A DNA stretch of 64,000 nt from Octopus vulgaris (lineage: Eukaryota): positions 992,001 to 1,056,000 of the forward strand of contig OX597831.1 in the NCBI GenBank assembly GCA_951406725.2. The letters run 5' to 3'. Positions within the stretch are counted from its first letter, which is position 1. Every line of letters starts with the position of its first letter. A program made the translations under genes and the position numbers. Below the pieces are notes generated by a model. The model saw nothing but the letters and a program-made list of their open reading frames with translations. It made no database searches and was not told the DNA's origin. Positions 26,343-38,916 of the stretch are shown piece by piece.

Positions 26343-26805
26343 CCAGTGATTAGGGAGTGTTGGTGATATGAAGCTAATAATTGGGGAGTGTTGGTAAATT
26401 GGGGCCAATGAATAGCTGATTTGGGGCCAATGATTATGGAATGTTAGTGAATTGGGGCCAGCAGTTAGAAAGTGTTGGTAAGTTGGGGGCCAATGGCTAG
26501 GGAGTGTTAATGAATTGGGGCCAGTAGTTAGGGAGTGTTGATGAATTGGGGCTAATGGTTAAGGAGTTCTGGTGAATTTGGGCCAGTTCTTAAAGAGGGC
26601 TGGTGAGCTGGGGACAGTGATTAGGGAGTATTAATGATTTGGGGGCTAATGGATAGGAAGCATTGATAATTCAAAGCCAATGATTAGGAAGCATGGGTAA
26701 ATTGGGGCCAATGTTAAGGAATGTTGATGATTTGGGGGTCACCGATTAAAGAGTGTTGGTGAGGTCACCAATGGAGTAATAGTTAAGGGACTCTTGGTGA
26801 ATTTG
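26343..26805. repeat. Degenerate minisatellite, about 31-bp unit GGGGCCAATGATTAGGGAGTGTTGGTGAATT, about 14 copies
   Basis: TTGGGGCCA and GGGAGTGTT recur at about 31-bp spacing. Confidence 0.85.
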
Positions 26806-27747
26806 TAAGTTAGACTTAATTGGTTAAGAGGTTTAACACCTGTAAAATTTTGATAATCTGATCCCCACCCACTAAAACTCAAAACATCCCTTAAAAAAAA
26901 TCAGAATTCCAGTTAAATGGAAAAGCTGGAGAGGTGGAAATATATTTTGTTATCCAGTAATAAACGCAAGAAATACATTAAGAATCTCAACTCTTATCAA
27001 TGTGGATGATAATGACAATAATAAACGCATCAAATGAAAGGAATAAACGAATAAAACGATTAATAAATGACCACTTGGTATCTCAAACAAGTGTAGCATT
27101 AATCAGCCAGCTTTAAGAGTTAATTATAATTGTTATAGAATTAGAAGAATGGTACAGAAGATAATGGTATATCTGTGATAAAGCTGGCTTCTTGTAAAGA
27201 AGAACAAACTTTTACTGGTTGATGGAGGAGGCTTCAGTTTTGAGAGATAATATAACATTTCCCCAGCCCTGATAACCACAGGGTACCTTTTGTTACTTGG
27301 ATGGTACTCCATACTGACAGGGGGAGATAAACAGTGTGTGTGTGTAAATATATATATATATATATATATATACAAGTAAAGGAGTGAATGAATGAGAGAG
27401 CAAAGTACGGAGAAAGAGGGAGACAGAGAGAAAGGTAGGGAGATAGAGAGAGAGTGTGTATGCCTGAGAAAGTGAAGCTAGTAAATGAATGAAAAAGAGA
27501 AAGTAAAAGAATGGGAGAGAGAGAGAGAGAGAAAGAGAAAGAAAGAGAGTGAGAGAGAGAGAGTGAGTGAGTGAGGAAGATATATAAAAAAAAGAGAGGG
27601 AGACAAGCAAATAGTTTTGCAGAAGCTGATGATGATGGTACTTAGAAAACATGATGAGTGCAGCTGAAGTATGGTCACTTCCTGTAATGCCAGCATCAAT
27701 GTATTCAATATAGTGGAAGACAATTTGAAGAATGCAGTGTGGAAAGC

Positions 27748-27800
<53 letters not shown>

Positions 27801-28257
27801 AGAGAGAGGGAGAGGGAGAGAGAGTGGTGGTGGTGGCATTGGTAATAGTAGTAGTGGTAGTAGTGGAATGACAATAGGTGGCATCAGTGGCAATATCTGA
27901 GGTGATTTGGATGACACTGATGATGACATAAACACAGTATCACTGGTATTAACATGCTTCAGAGAATATCACATTAATGAATGGGGAAATATCTAGATCA
28001 ACACAGCTATAACACTACAATGTGTGGGATTTCACAAATGTAACAATACAAGAAGGATATGACAATGATAGCAATAAATGATATTCTTTTCTACTCTAGG
28101 CACAAGGCCTGACATTTTTGGGGAGGGGACCAGTCAATTAGATCAACTGGTACTTAATTTATCGACCCTGAAAGGATAAAAGGCAAAGTCAACCTCAGCA
28201 GAATTTGAACTCAGAACGTAAAGACAGACGAAATACCTCTAAACATTTCGCGCCACC

Positions 28258-28289
<32 letters not shown>

Positions 28290-28770
28290 TTAGCGTCCGT
28301 TTTCCATGCTAGCATGGGTTGGACGATTCAACTGGGGGTCTGTGAAGCCGGAAGGCTTCATCAGGCCCAGTCTGGTCTGGCAATGTTTCTACGGCTGAAT
28401 GCCCTTCCTAATGCCAACCACTCCATGAGTGTAGTGGGTGCTTTTTACGTGCCACCCGCACCTTAATAGCAATAAATGATATTCTAGAAAGATATTCCAG
28501 CTACAGTAGAAATGATTACTTAAAAAAAGGTCATTACACTTAGGAAACTGAATAACAAAGATATAATGAGCCTATGAGGGGCCTCTGAGAGGTCACTTGA
28601 GATGCAAGAAATAGTAGCAAAATACCCATCAAACACAACTGTTTTGTTAAAGGATATATTGGATACTGTGGTCTGGCAGAAAAGGTTCTATGGTCATGGT
28701 TGGAATACTTTTAATCATAGATCTACTTGATCAGAGTTTACCTGGGGCTAAATAGTAACAAGAACAATTA

Positions 28771-28911
28771 TAAGGTTGTCCCAAAAGTTCGTAGAAAGTC
28801 TTGGAAAATAAAGGTCTTTATTTTGAGGAATAATTTTTGTTGTTTTTGTTAGTACTTGGCGAGTAAAAATTCAATTTTCGCAATTGTTTACGAACTTTTG
28901 GGACAACCTAA
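28771..28911. mobile_element. Tc1/mariner-type MITE (141 bp)
   Basis: TIR T(A/T)AGGTTGTCCCAAAAGTTCGTA at both ends, TA on both flanks. Confidence 0.85.
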
Positions 28912-28929
28912 TATAATAGTTGCATTGCA

Positions 28930-29385
28930 GGCCTTGCCTGAACTCTACAAAGCTCAGATAATGCCCATGATGGAGTTCTGCCCTCATGTCCGGGGACAGT
29001 GCTGCTGCTGTTGCTGCATATAGAGAGAACCTGACTGCACTCTCAAAAGGACCATTTGACTGACTGACGTAAAATCTCTGACAGACATGCTCTAGCTTTT
29101 AGCCTTGTCTCTCTGGTCTTCCCACTACCGCTATAATGGTTTCTGATCTCAGATCTAGATGGGCATATTTCACCTTCATTCAAGCATTCTCATCACACCT
29201 GCCTCTTCTCTTCTCATTAGTCTTGTTGTGTACAAAACTCAGATCTTGCACTAATGACTCCATTTAGTCTGCTCTTCCTTCTCAGAAAAATCAGCTCTCA
29301 GAAATTTCTTCCCTGTTCATGCTTTTCTCACAGGTGTTGACTTACAAATGTTCAAGAAGAAGATTAATGACATCGGTCTCTCTAC
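28930..29385 (+). mobile_element. Old L2/Crack-like LINE 3' fragment
   Basis: LYKAQIMPMMEFCPHV... matches LYKAQ.RP.MEYC.H.W; homologous to 58760-59000 on the minus strand. Confidence 0.55.
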
Positions 29386-29479
29386 TCTAGGGGGATATCC
29401 TGCAAATCATGGCTACTACTGCTTCTTACATCACATCTATAATACTGATTCACTGCTTCCATATTAATCTTATGTCAAA

Positions 29480-29781
29480 ATTTTACTGAAAATTTTCAAC
29501 ACGTGCTCCATCTGTATCCCTGCAAATTTCAAATCTATCTTTAGTGCTGCAAAAGACACTTCAAAGCATTTTAGGAGCTATCTCCTGCACTGCTAACTGA
29601 AGTTCAGCTAAACTATTGTCCCTGGGGATGGAAGTAGAGAAAATGATTGCAGCAAAATTGAAAAAGATAAAAAATTTATAGTTTTAACACATATTAAATA
29701 TGATAAACATAAATAAAAGTCAGTTTTTAAAAATATTGTCCAATTTTCACTGAAATAAATAGTTAATTCTGGGACACCCTG
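29480..29781 (-). mobile_element. Tc1/mariner-superfamily deletion remnant
   Basis: Minus frame ...VQEIAPKML*SVF...RFEICRDTDGARVE resembles a transposase C-terminus; TIR GGGACACCCTG followed by TA at 29771-29783. Confidence 0.55.
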
Positions 29782-30485
29782 TATATTAGAGACAATATCT
29801 ACAAAGATATTGCAATTATAAAACTAAGAGCACTTAAAAGGATATCACGGTTGTGATGGAGAGATTAATTAGATTATTGTTTATAAAATTTCTGAAAAGA
29901 TACTGCCGCAGTTACAAAATAGATAGAATATGAAGAAGGATTTTCTGTTTATAATTGAGAATATTAAAACAGATACGAAAATTATTTCTTGTGATGATGA
30001 TATACCATTGATAATATTAGGCATATTTAGGATATTTAGGGTGGAGAAAATATTGAAAATAATAAAGAAAATACAAAACCAAAATTCAAGCTTCATGTGA
30101 ACAATCACCTGGCTAGAAATAGCAGCAAAATCTCCCTCAATAAGCACCTTTAACAAAATGAACAACACATTAGATGATGTAACCCTAGATACACTATGGC
30201 TGAATAGAAGATAGGAAAATCAACACTAGGATGCCTTTGATTATAAAATCTATTTGATCAGGATTGATCTCTGAGCTGAACAACAATAAAAACAAAATAC
30301 CCAAAACTGTATCACAGCTATAATATACGAGATATATATATATTATTCACATATATTCTGTATTATGTTCTATAATATATATGACTGAAAGGATATCATA
30401 GTTATAAATGATATATAAAGGAGTATGACACAATGAGTAGGGATTTCACTCTTTAGTGGAGATTCTATTATGTTCATGCCTTTTT

Positions 30486-30758
30486 TGGCATGTAAAAAGC
30501 ACCATCCGTTCGTGGCTGTTGTCAGCCTCGCCTGGCCCCCGTGCCGGTGGCACATAAAAAGCACCATCCGATCGTGGCCGTTTGCCAGACTCGTCTGGCA
30601 CCTGCACCGTAAAAAGCACCCACTACACTCATGGAGTGGTTGGTGTTAGGAAGGGCATCCAGTCATAGAAACATTGCCAGATCAAACTGGGCCTGGTGCA
30701 GCCTTCTGGCTTCCCAGACCCCAGTTGAACCGTCCAACCCATGCTAGCATGGAAAGCA
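30486..30758 (+). mobile_element. RTE-type LINE 3' UTR fragment (second copy 28262-28460 -, with a (GAT)n tail)
   Basis: Three internal TAAAAAGCACC repeats, then GGAAGGGCATCCAG and CCCATGCTAGCATGGAAA; a similar GTAAAAAGCACC motif ends the RTE at about 14200. Confidence 0.65.
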
Positions 30759-32442
30759 GCCAGAATCCGTCAAATCATACCCTACCATCTTAAAAGAAAA
30801 TTGTCCCTTTGAAATGATATAATTCTTGATATACAGACACTGGATAGTCACAGCAGGAACCCCTTTGAAAATAGTTTAGAGCTGACTTGTGTTAAACAAC
30901 AACATTAACAGGGTAAGTGAAATGAAGTGCAACTTGAAACATAAATGGACATAACTTGTACCTAAATATAACTTGTAGCTGTTTAAATGCAGAGGAGACT
31001 GACCATGATTTGGTTCTAGATTTTCTGTAATAGGCACAGGAGTGGCTGTGTGGTAAGTAGCTTGCTTACCAACCACATGGTTCCAGGTTCAGTCCCAATG
31101 TGTGGCACCTTGGGCAAGTATCTTCTACTATAGCCTTGGGCAGACCAAAGCTTTGTGAGTGGATTTGGTAGACGGAAACTGAAAGAAGCCCGTCGTATAT
31201 ATGTATATATATATATATGTATGTGTGTGTATGTTTGTCCCCCCAACGTCGCTTCACAACCAATGCTGACGTGTTTACGTTCCTGTAACTTAGCAGTTCG
31301 GCAAAAGAGACTGATGGAATAAGTACTAGGCTTCCAAAGAATAAGTCCCGGGGTTGATTTGCTCAACTAAAGGTGGTGCTCCAGCATGGCTGTAGTCAAA
31401 TGACTGAAACAAGTAAAAGAGTAAAGAGTAATAGCATCTAATCAGTTGTAAAAATTTGTACTATTCACAGATTTCCTCCTCCTATTTCTACAAATCTTAA
31501 GGCCCTACAAAAGGGGCCACAGACACTGTTCTTCATTCACTGATGAAGCTGCAAATAAACAAATAAACTTAAAATTGTGAAATTTTGGTAGTTTTTGCTA
31601 AATTCCAATTTCTTCCATAAAGTTAGATTTAATACAAAATTCTTTACACAGCAAAACTAAATTATATTTTGGATATTATCACAAGTGGTTTACTTTAAAG
31701 AAATGCACCTTTGACTCCAAGGGCTCGTCAATGTCAGTGAACAGTTCTCCAATTTCAATACCATTAACCAAATTTACATTGTTTTAAATTCACAATACCA
31801 CCAAATGAAATGGTATGCGTAACAAACTTTAACAAATCTAATAAATGACCAATAGACTTCGTATAAATCTTGTGGTGACTTACTTCACTGAAAGTCCGTC
31901 TGACAAGAGAAGCAAGGGGAATTTAAAATGAAACCAATAATTACATTTGAAATTCAAACCAGTAGAGCCATGTCAGGAATAAAAATAAAAAAAAAAGACA
32001 GTAATCTGATAAGATATGAACAAGCGAACTAAGATCTCTGACAGGAATGTTTATGAAGTATTAAATTGGTGAGTATGGTTTACAACGGAGATAGATTGCA
32101 GGCTAGGTTGTTGTGGCATGTACTTACTTATATACATACGTATTTATCTACCTCTATCCATCGGAGAGTATGCATACATGTGTACATGTATGTGTATGCA
32201 TGAGTGTGCATATGTGTGTGTATATATATAAATAGGTATGTGTGTATGTGTGTCGGTGTATACACACACATTATATATCTATATTTATATACACCTATTT
32301 ATATATATTATATATTTATATCTATATGCATATATATGTGTGTGCGAGTGTATGTTTGTACATATGTATACATGCATGTGTGTGCATATATGCATATGAT
32401 ATATATACATGTACACATATAGATATATATAGATATATTATA

Positions 32443-32480
<38 letters not shown>

Positions 32481-32564
32481 TACATATATATAATATATCT
32501 ATATATATCTATATGTGTACATGTATATACACATGTGCATATATACATATATATGTATGCAGCA

Positions 32565-32650
<86 letters not shown>

Positions 32651-32864
32651 TTGAATTAGTGCTTAAGCACTGGAAACAGATATCTATGGAATTGAAGAGA
32701 TCAATTCTTTAACATGTTGTTAAGCTCCATTATATTATTACTTCAATGCAATAGCTATAACAGGAATGAATTTGTATACAAGTGGCAAAAACAAATATTC
32801 AGAGCAGAATATTAGGAAGAACAGAAAACAAAGATTTCGGAGATATTTCAAAATTCCATTTGTT

Positions 32865-32987
32865 TTGCTCTACAATTGTTTCCATGGTTTAAGTGCAAGC
32901 ATCAGCAACCATATAATCATTATATAATTAATACATAATCAATAAATTTAGTTGGATATGATGAGCAAGTCATTTCATCAGGAGCAA
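32865..32987 (-). ncRNA. Type I hammerhead ribozyme (Penelope-type)
   Basis: UUGCUC-CUGAUGA-[A AUG...CAU G]-GAAAC-AAUU-GUA-GAGCAA: perfect 6-bp stem I, intact core, palindromic loop 3. Confidence 0.7.
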
Positions 32988-33094
32988 TTTTGGAAATATA
33001 AATGGAAACAAGTGTAGAGCAAAGCAAATAGAATTTTGAAAAGATCACTGAGCGAGTCTATATTTTTGAGATGAGGAATTATGTACATTATTTA

Positions 33095-33502
33095 CAATGG
33101 ACAGATAGGTGTCTTCACCTTGTTTGTAGTTACCACTGAGTAAAACCACCCATGGAAGAGAATATGACCAAAAACTGCATATGCTCCATCTCATGCAGTT
33201 GCAGTAGGTCATACAAAGACAAAACATGCCACCCCATTAAAATAAGGGTAGAGGAACATCGTTAAGTTGTGACATGAGGGGATATTGAAAATTTGGGTAT
33301 AGCTGATCATGTACAGAAAAACAGAGACCAGCTCCCTCTGTGGAATGAAGTTGAAATAATAGATGAACACCACTGGAAAATACGAAAATTAAAAGAGGCA
33401 GCACATATGCTGGGACACGATAACCTCCTAAGCAGACTTAGTGCAGATATGAATGTAATATGGGAACAGATATTAAGAAAAGATAAGATATTAGATTTAT
33501 AA
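33095..33502 (+). mobile_element. Penelope-like element fragment, GIY-YIG endonuclease
   Basis: ICSISCSCSRSYKDKTCHPIKIRVEEH (degenerate VY.IPC.C...Y.GET.R.L..R..EH), followed by GIADHV...WNEVEIID..HWKIRKLKEA. Confidence 0.75.
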
Positions 33503-34423
33503 GCCCAAAATTTCACTCTATATTTGCCTACAGGCATATAGCATTAGTGGATAAGAACGTGGGCTACAAACCCTCATATTCTGAATCCAATCCCAGACAG
33601 GGACTTGCAAAATAATGTCAAGAAAAAATAACATCAGCAAAAAAAAAAAAAAAAAAAAAGAATACCTTAGGAATAAGAACAGAGTACCCCATTAGTCAAA
33701 TAATGGGTTGGGTTTAAAATTCCACCAGAACACTGGATGAAATCTGAAGAGTACATCAGCCCAACAAACAAGGTGAGGATACCTATCTGTCCATTGTAAA
33801 TAATGTATTACTGAGCTATTTTGTTTTCTATTTTCATATATATATATAGCATTAACTGATATGTGTGTGTTCAAATTATGTAGTAGCTCAAAATTAAAAT
33901 GTTTATGTAGATGATTTGCTTAATGCATTTATAATATTGAAAAGTCAGATGCTACAATGATCATCTTAGGAAAGGTCCTTTTATAGATGTATTGTGTAAA
34001 AAAATATATATATATATCTTTAAGTATATTGTACTTTTAGCACACTACATTTATAAAGGAATCTTTCCTGAGAGAACCAGTGCAACTTATCAATGATATA
34101 CTTGCATTAAAATCAAAGTGTAATGTGTATATATACATAAATACATGTATATTTACATATATAAACATATGTATGTATATGTATGTGTGTGTGTGTGTGT
34201 ATGTATTATTATTAATAGAATTCAATATTATATTCTCATAACAGCAAATTCACCAATCCTTTTCATACAACTTAATAAAACCCCAACAATCATCAGAAGA
34301 GGGATAATGTGGCGTGGGCTCTTTGCTAACGGCTGTCTGATTATTGGTTACATAAAACTCTGACTTAAAGTTTGGGAAGTCTTGTTAGCTTCAATAAAAC
34401 ACTATATATATATATATACATAC

Positions 34424-34457
<34 letters not shown>

Positions 34458-34803
34458 GCACACACACACATAGATACACACACACACATACATACATACA
34501 GACAAAGCAGGCATTAAGGAAAGGCATCAAAAGTACCTTATTTCATGTATGTTTAAATACAAACACCCACACACAAACACACACTTTCTGGTTGTAGTAT
34601 ACACCTATCCAGTCTAAGTGGCGGAAAAACTGTTATTTAAAGTAATTTAAAACACCAGTTAAATAGTAATTAAACAGTAGTTTATGGTAAAGCCTCATAC
34701 AGACATTTGAGCATCAGTGTTTACCAGACAATTTATGTGTGGTTGTGAATTAAATTTCCTCTTTGAGTGGTACAAAAAAGAAAAATAGTCCAACAAAATA
34801 AAT

Positions 34804-37490
34804 CAGATATGTCAAATTCCTGGCCCGTGGGCCACTTCCAGCCCTTGCAGCAATTTCATTTGGACTGCAGGACCATTTTGATATCAGCATGAAATGTCCA
34901 AATGGCGACATCTGCAAAGAGAGTGCTTTTTTGCCCTCAGCAACACTCATACCTTCTTGTTATAACTACATATACAGAGTGTGTGTAGCTTAAGCAGGCC
35001 ATTACATTATATATAGCACTGACTGCACTACCTTTCTTACTAAGGGTGTCACCAAAAGTAGCAATAATTTAACACATGACTAGAAACAACTCTATTGTAA
35101 TTATTACACCCTGTTTGTACAAAAAACACATTAAAGAGGCATGATAACACAACCACAAGTCTTAATTGCAACTGCAACAAAGCATGCTGAGAAATGCCTC
35201 CTTTGAGTCTCTAATCGTGTGTTGTGAAGCGCTGATGATGCAAAATCTACTAATCCCATAATGCACTGCAACAGCTGCCTTACCGCTCTTTCAGGTGATC
35301 ATTTTCACATGATGTCATTCAGTAGTAGTTGCTATCTATATCAATGGCCAAGAGAAAAGTCAATGCTGGAAACCGATCCTTTCAAATCCAGTGGGAAACT
35401 GAGTACATGTTTATTGATATTGATGGTAAACCCATGTGTCTTAATTGTGGTGCTAATGTTGCTGTAATTAAAGAGTATAATCTCAAATGCCACCACAAGA
35501 CAAAACATCAGGACCAGTATAAATACCTCACTGCTGAGCAGAAGCAACGAAAGGTAGACAAGTTGAAGAGGTGTCTCACATTACAACAGACCTTTTTGAC
35601 CAAAGCAAAATCACAAAGAGAAGCTGCTATTAAAGCAAGTTTTATTGTGGCAGAGAAGATCACAAAATTAGCCCAACCATTTTTACTGAAGGAGAGTTTG
35701 TGAAGAGTTGCGTGATGGAGATGTGTGACATTTTGTGTTGAGACAAGAAGCAACTGTTTGCTAATATGAGTATTAGCAGAAATACGATTGCTGATTGGGT
35801 GTGGGAGATGGCCACTGATTTGAAAACACAGTTGATTGAAAGAGGAAGCAATTTTGTTGTATACTCTCTTGCTGTGGATGAGACTACTGACATGACTGAT
35901 ACGGCACAGCTGGCTGTCTTCATCTGCAGAGTGGACTCCAATTTTTTCATCATGGAGGAAATTTTGGACATTAAGTCAATGCATGGGACAACAGGAAAGG
36001 ACCTTTTTGAAAAAATAAGTCAAAGTGTAACTGACATGAATTTGCCTTGGGACAAACTTGTTAGACTTATAACAAATAGAGCAATGGCGATGTGCAGTGA
36101 AAAAAGTGGACTAGTGGGTAGGATACATTTAAAGAGGCAAGAAGAGAATTGCACTGCTAAGTTGGCAACATATCACTGCATCATACACCAGGAAACGTTG
36201 TATGCTAAAGCCTTAAAAATGGAACATGTAATGAACACTGTAACGCAAACCATAAACTTTATCCAAGCCAGTGGGTTAAATCACAGCCAATTTCAGTCTT
36301 TCCTCTGGGAAATACATTCAGAGTTTGGTGCTGTGTCTTATCATATGGAGGTGTGGTGGCCCAGTCGGGGAAAGGTCTTCAATATAGTTTTTGAGGTAGT
36401 TGAGGAGATATGACAGTTCATGGACAGTAAAGGAAAAGAATTCAAAGTTCTGCAGGATGAAAAGTGGAAATGCGAGTTGGCATTTCTGGTTGACTTAGCT
36501 GCGCATCTCAATGTTTTAAACATCCTGTTCCAGGGAGTGGGATCGCAAGATCTGTGATATGTATGATGCAGTGAAGGCATTTCAAGTGAAGCTGCGCTTA
36601 TGATAGAAACAAATGCACCAACTGAACGTGTTTCACTTTCCCTGTTGCCAAGTAATGTTGAACCAAGTCAGTGACACGGTGTTCTGAAAGCAACACTTTG
36701 CAGATAAAATGAGTGCACAAAACTGAATTTACATGGCACTTTAGTGACTTTGAAGCACAGAAAAATAACTTTGAGCTGTCTTGCAACCCATTTGCTGTCA
36801 ATGTCGAAACTGCACCTGTACAGATTCAAATAGAGTTGATAGAACTGCAGTGTAGTGGGATATTAAAAGCAAAGTACGACTCTGTGGGCCCTGCACAGTT
36901 CACTCACTTCATACCTGAAGCAATGCCTCAGCTTCGTTTACATGCAGCTTGAACGCTGTCTTTGTTTGGAAGCACATATCTGTGCGAGCAACTGTTCTCT
37001 GTGATGAAGATGAATAAAACATCACATAGGAGTTGTCTCACAGTTGAACACCTGCAATCCATCCTGATAGTCTCAACAACACAGAACCTTGCCCCAAACA
37101 TAAATGAACTCACTGCCAAGAAAAAATGCCAAGTATGTAGCTTGGACAAAATTGCATAAAGAAAATTGAAAGTTTTGATTTATTATTTTAATTTTCACAA
37201 AAAGCACATTTTTTATTTATATTTTCTTTTTTTTTTTTTTGTTTGCAACATGTTCTTATTTTAAACTTTTATCATTTTGACAGGAGATATTTTTATGCAG
37301 AGCAAAATATTCTATGTAATTTAAGTTAAAGTTAATTTATTTTTGGAATAATATTATATACCATCTGTTTCAATACATGTTCATGTTCAAAAAGTTTTAG
37401 TGTATTCAAGAAATGTTTATCCTGTTCGGCTCACAACCTAAAGTGTACTCTGAGTTTTGACCCCCTGTGCGATTGAGTTTGACACCCCTG
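34804..37490 (+). mobile_element. Full-length decayed hAT (Charlie/SPIN-like) DNA transposon, 2687 bp
   Basis: Right TIR GAGTTTGACACCCCTG, degenerate left TIR CAGATATGTCAAATTC, 8-bp TSD AAATAAAT/GAATAAAT. Confidence 0.92.
35344..37159 (+). pseudogene. hAT transposase pseudogene (GTF2IRD2/Buster-like family)
   Basis: BED-like finger CLNC...HHKTKH, SLAVDETTD..DTAQL, HCIIHQE, EVWWPSRG and FGSTYLCEQLFS; several frameshifts and stops. Confidence 0.92.
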
Positions 37491-38881
37491 GAATAAATAG
37501 ACATAATTTTATGGGGACTGACAGGAATTAGATAAGGTGTATTTAGTGCTTCATTAATCTAAAACATGCCTCATATAAAACTAACTAAATGAAATAATCT
37601 ATCACAAGGAAGTGGAAATTCTCTTGGTTCCCACTGATACAGCAAATGTCAAATGGCTTGGTTCTTGTGACACTGATAATCTGACAAAAGAATATGCAGG
37701 TTGTGATAGCTGCTGAAGCAGTAGATGGTTTGTCTATGCCAGGCAAAAATGGTTCCAGGCTTCATAATTGTTTCCATAATATTCAGTTTACAAACAAGAT
37801 ATGCAGGAACCATTAGTGTTTCATTGAGGCAAGAGGCACAAGAAAGCGAGAGAATTACATCATTCTATTGAGATAAGAGCAGTTGATGAAAACTACTGAA
37901 GCAGGGCTCTGTATAGCAAGAGCCATTGGTGATCTCTTGACAGACTCTGTAAAACAAAAGCATTGTTTTCTTGAGATGAAAGCTATTAACGAAAGCTGAT
38001 AAAGCAGATCTTTTAAGCTGTAGCACTATGTAATGAGGATCTTTAGAGCAGAGTGCATTGTTTTATAATAGAATGTGCTTAGAAAGTGTGTGCATTATTT
38101 GGGTTACTTCAGTTCTTGTATAATGTCTACTTTTGTTGTCATACAGTATAATAGTAAAGAATGGTCAGTCCAGAATGTGGATGATTGGTATCCACGTTGC
38201 AAGGCCACTCACTATTGGTAAAACAATATATACCCGCAATGGGCGGCGAGCTGGCAGAAACGTTAGCACGTCGGGTGAAATGCGTAGCCGTATTTCGTCT
38301 GCCGTTACGTTCTGAGTTCAAATTCCGCCGAGGTCGACTTTCCCTTTCATCCTTTCAGGGTCGATAAATTAAGTACCAGTTACACACTGGGGTCGATATA
38401 ATCAACTTATTCTGTTTGTCTGTCCTTGTTTGTCCCCTCTGTGTTTAGCCCCTTGTGGGTAGTAAAGAAACAAATATATACCCGCAAGAAGTCAGCTGTT
38501 TTTGTGCCATACCTTTTCCAAAAGGTTTATAGATTGTAAAATTTGCCGCCACCACTCTAGGGAGTTGGGTAATGTAGGGCTACTATTGATTATGCAGTCA
38601 ATGAATAGATGTGATGTTGACTGAATCTTAAATAAGCTGCAAATAAATCTGTAGGTGCAAGTTTGTATTGTTGGCACTGTCAAAACTATAATTTCCCCTA
38701 GGTACAAATGTAGGTGTGTTGTTAAGAAGCTTGCTACCCGATTGTGTAATTTTAGATTAATTCCAATGCACCTTGGGCAAGTTCCTTCTGCTATTGCTCG
38801 AGGCTGACCAAATCCTTGTGAGTGGGTTTGACAGACAGAAATTGAAAGGAGCTCATCATATATGTGTGTGTGTGTGTGTGT

Positions 38882-38916
<35 letters not shown>

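Noticed and set aside
31538-31595. Plus-strand hammerhead (CTGATGAAGC...GTGAAA...GTA)
   Set aside because: Stems I-III cannot be formed convincingly.
34975-35113. Tc1-type MITE nested in the hAT 5' region (CAGAGTGT...ACACCCTG)
   Set aside because: Only about 8 bp of imperfect TIR and no right-hand TA; too weak to call.
35344-37159. Domesticated GTF2IRD2/ZBED-like host gene
   Set aside because: Multiple stops and frameshifts, with TIRs and TSD still present.
37560-38050. Possible exon or LINE remnant (also 5830-6340 and 45800-46130)
   Set aside because: Complex sequence, but no sustained reading frame, recognisable motif or splice pair could be supported.
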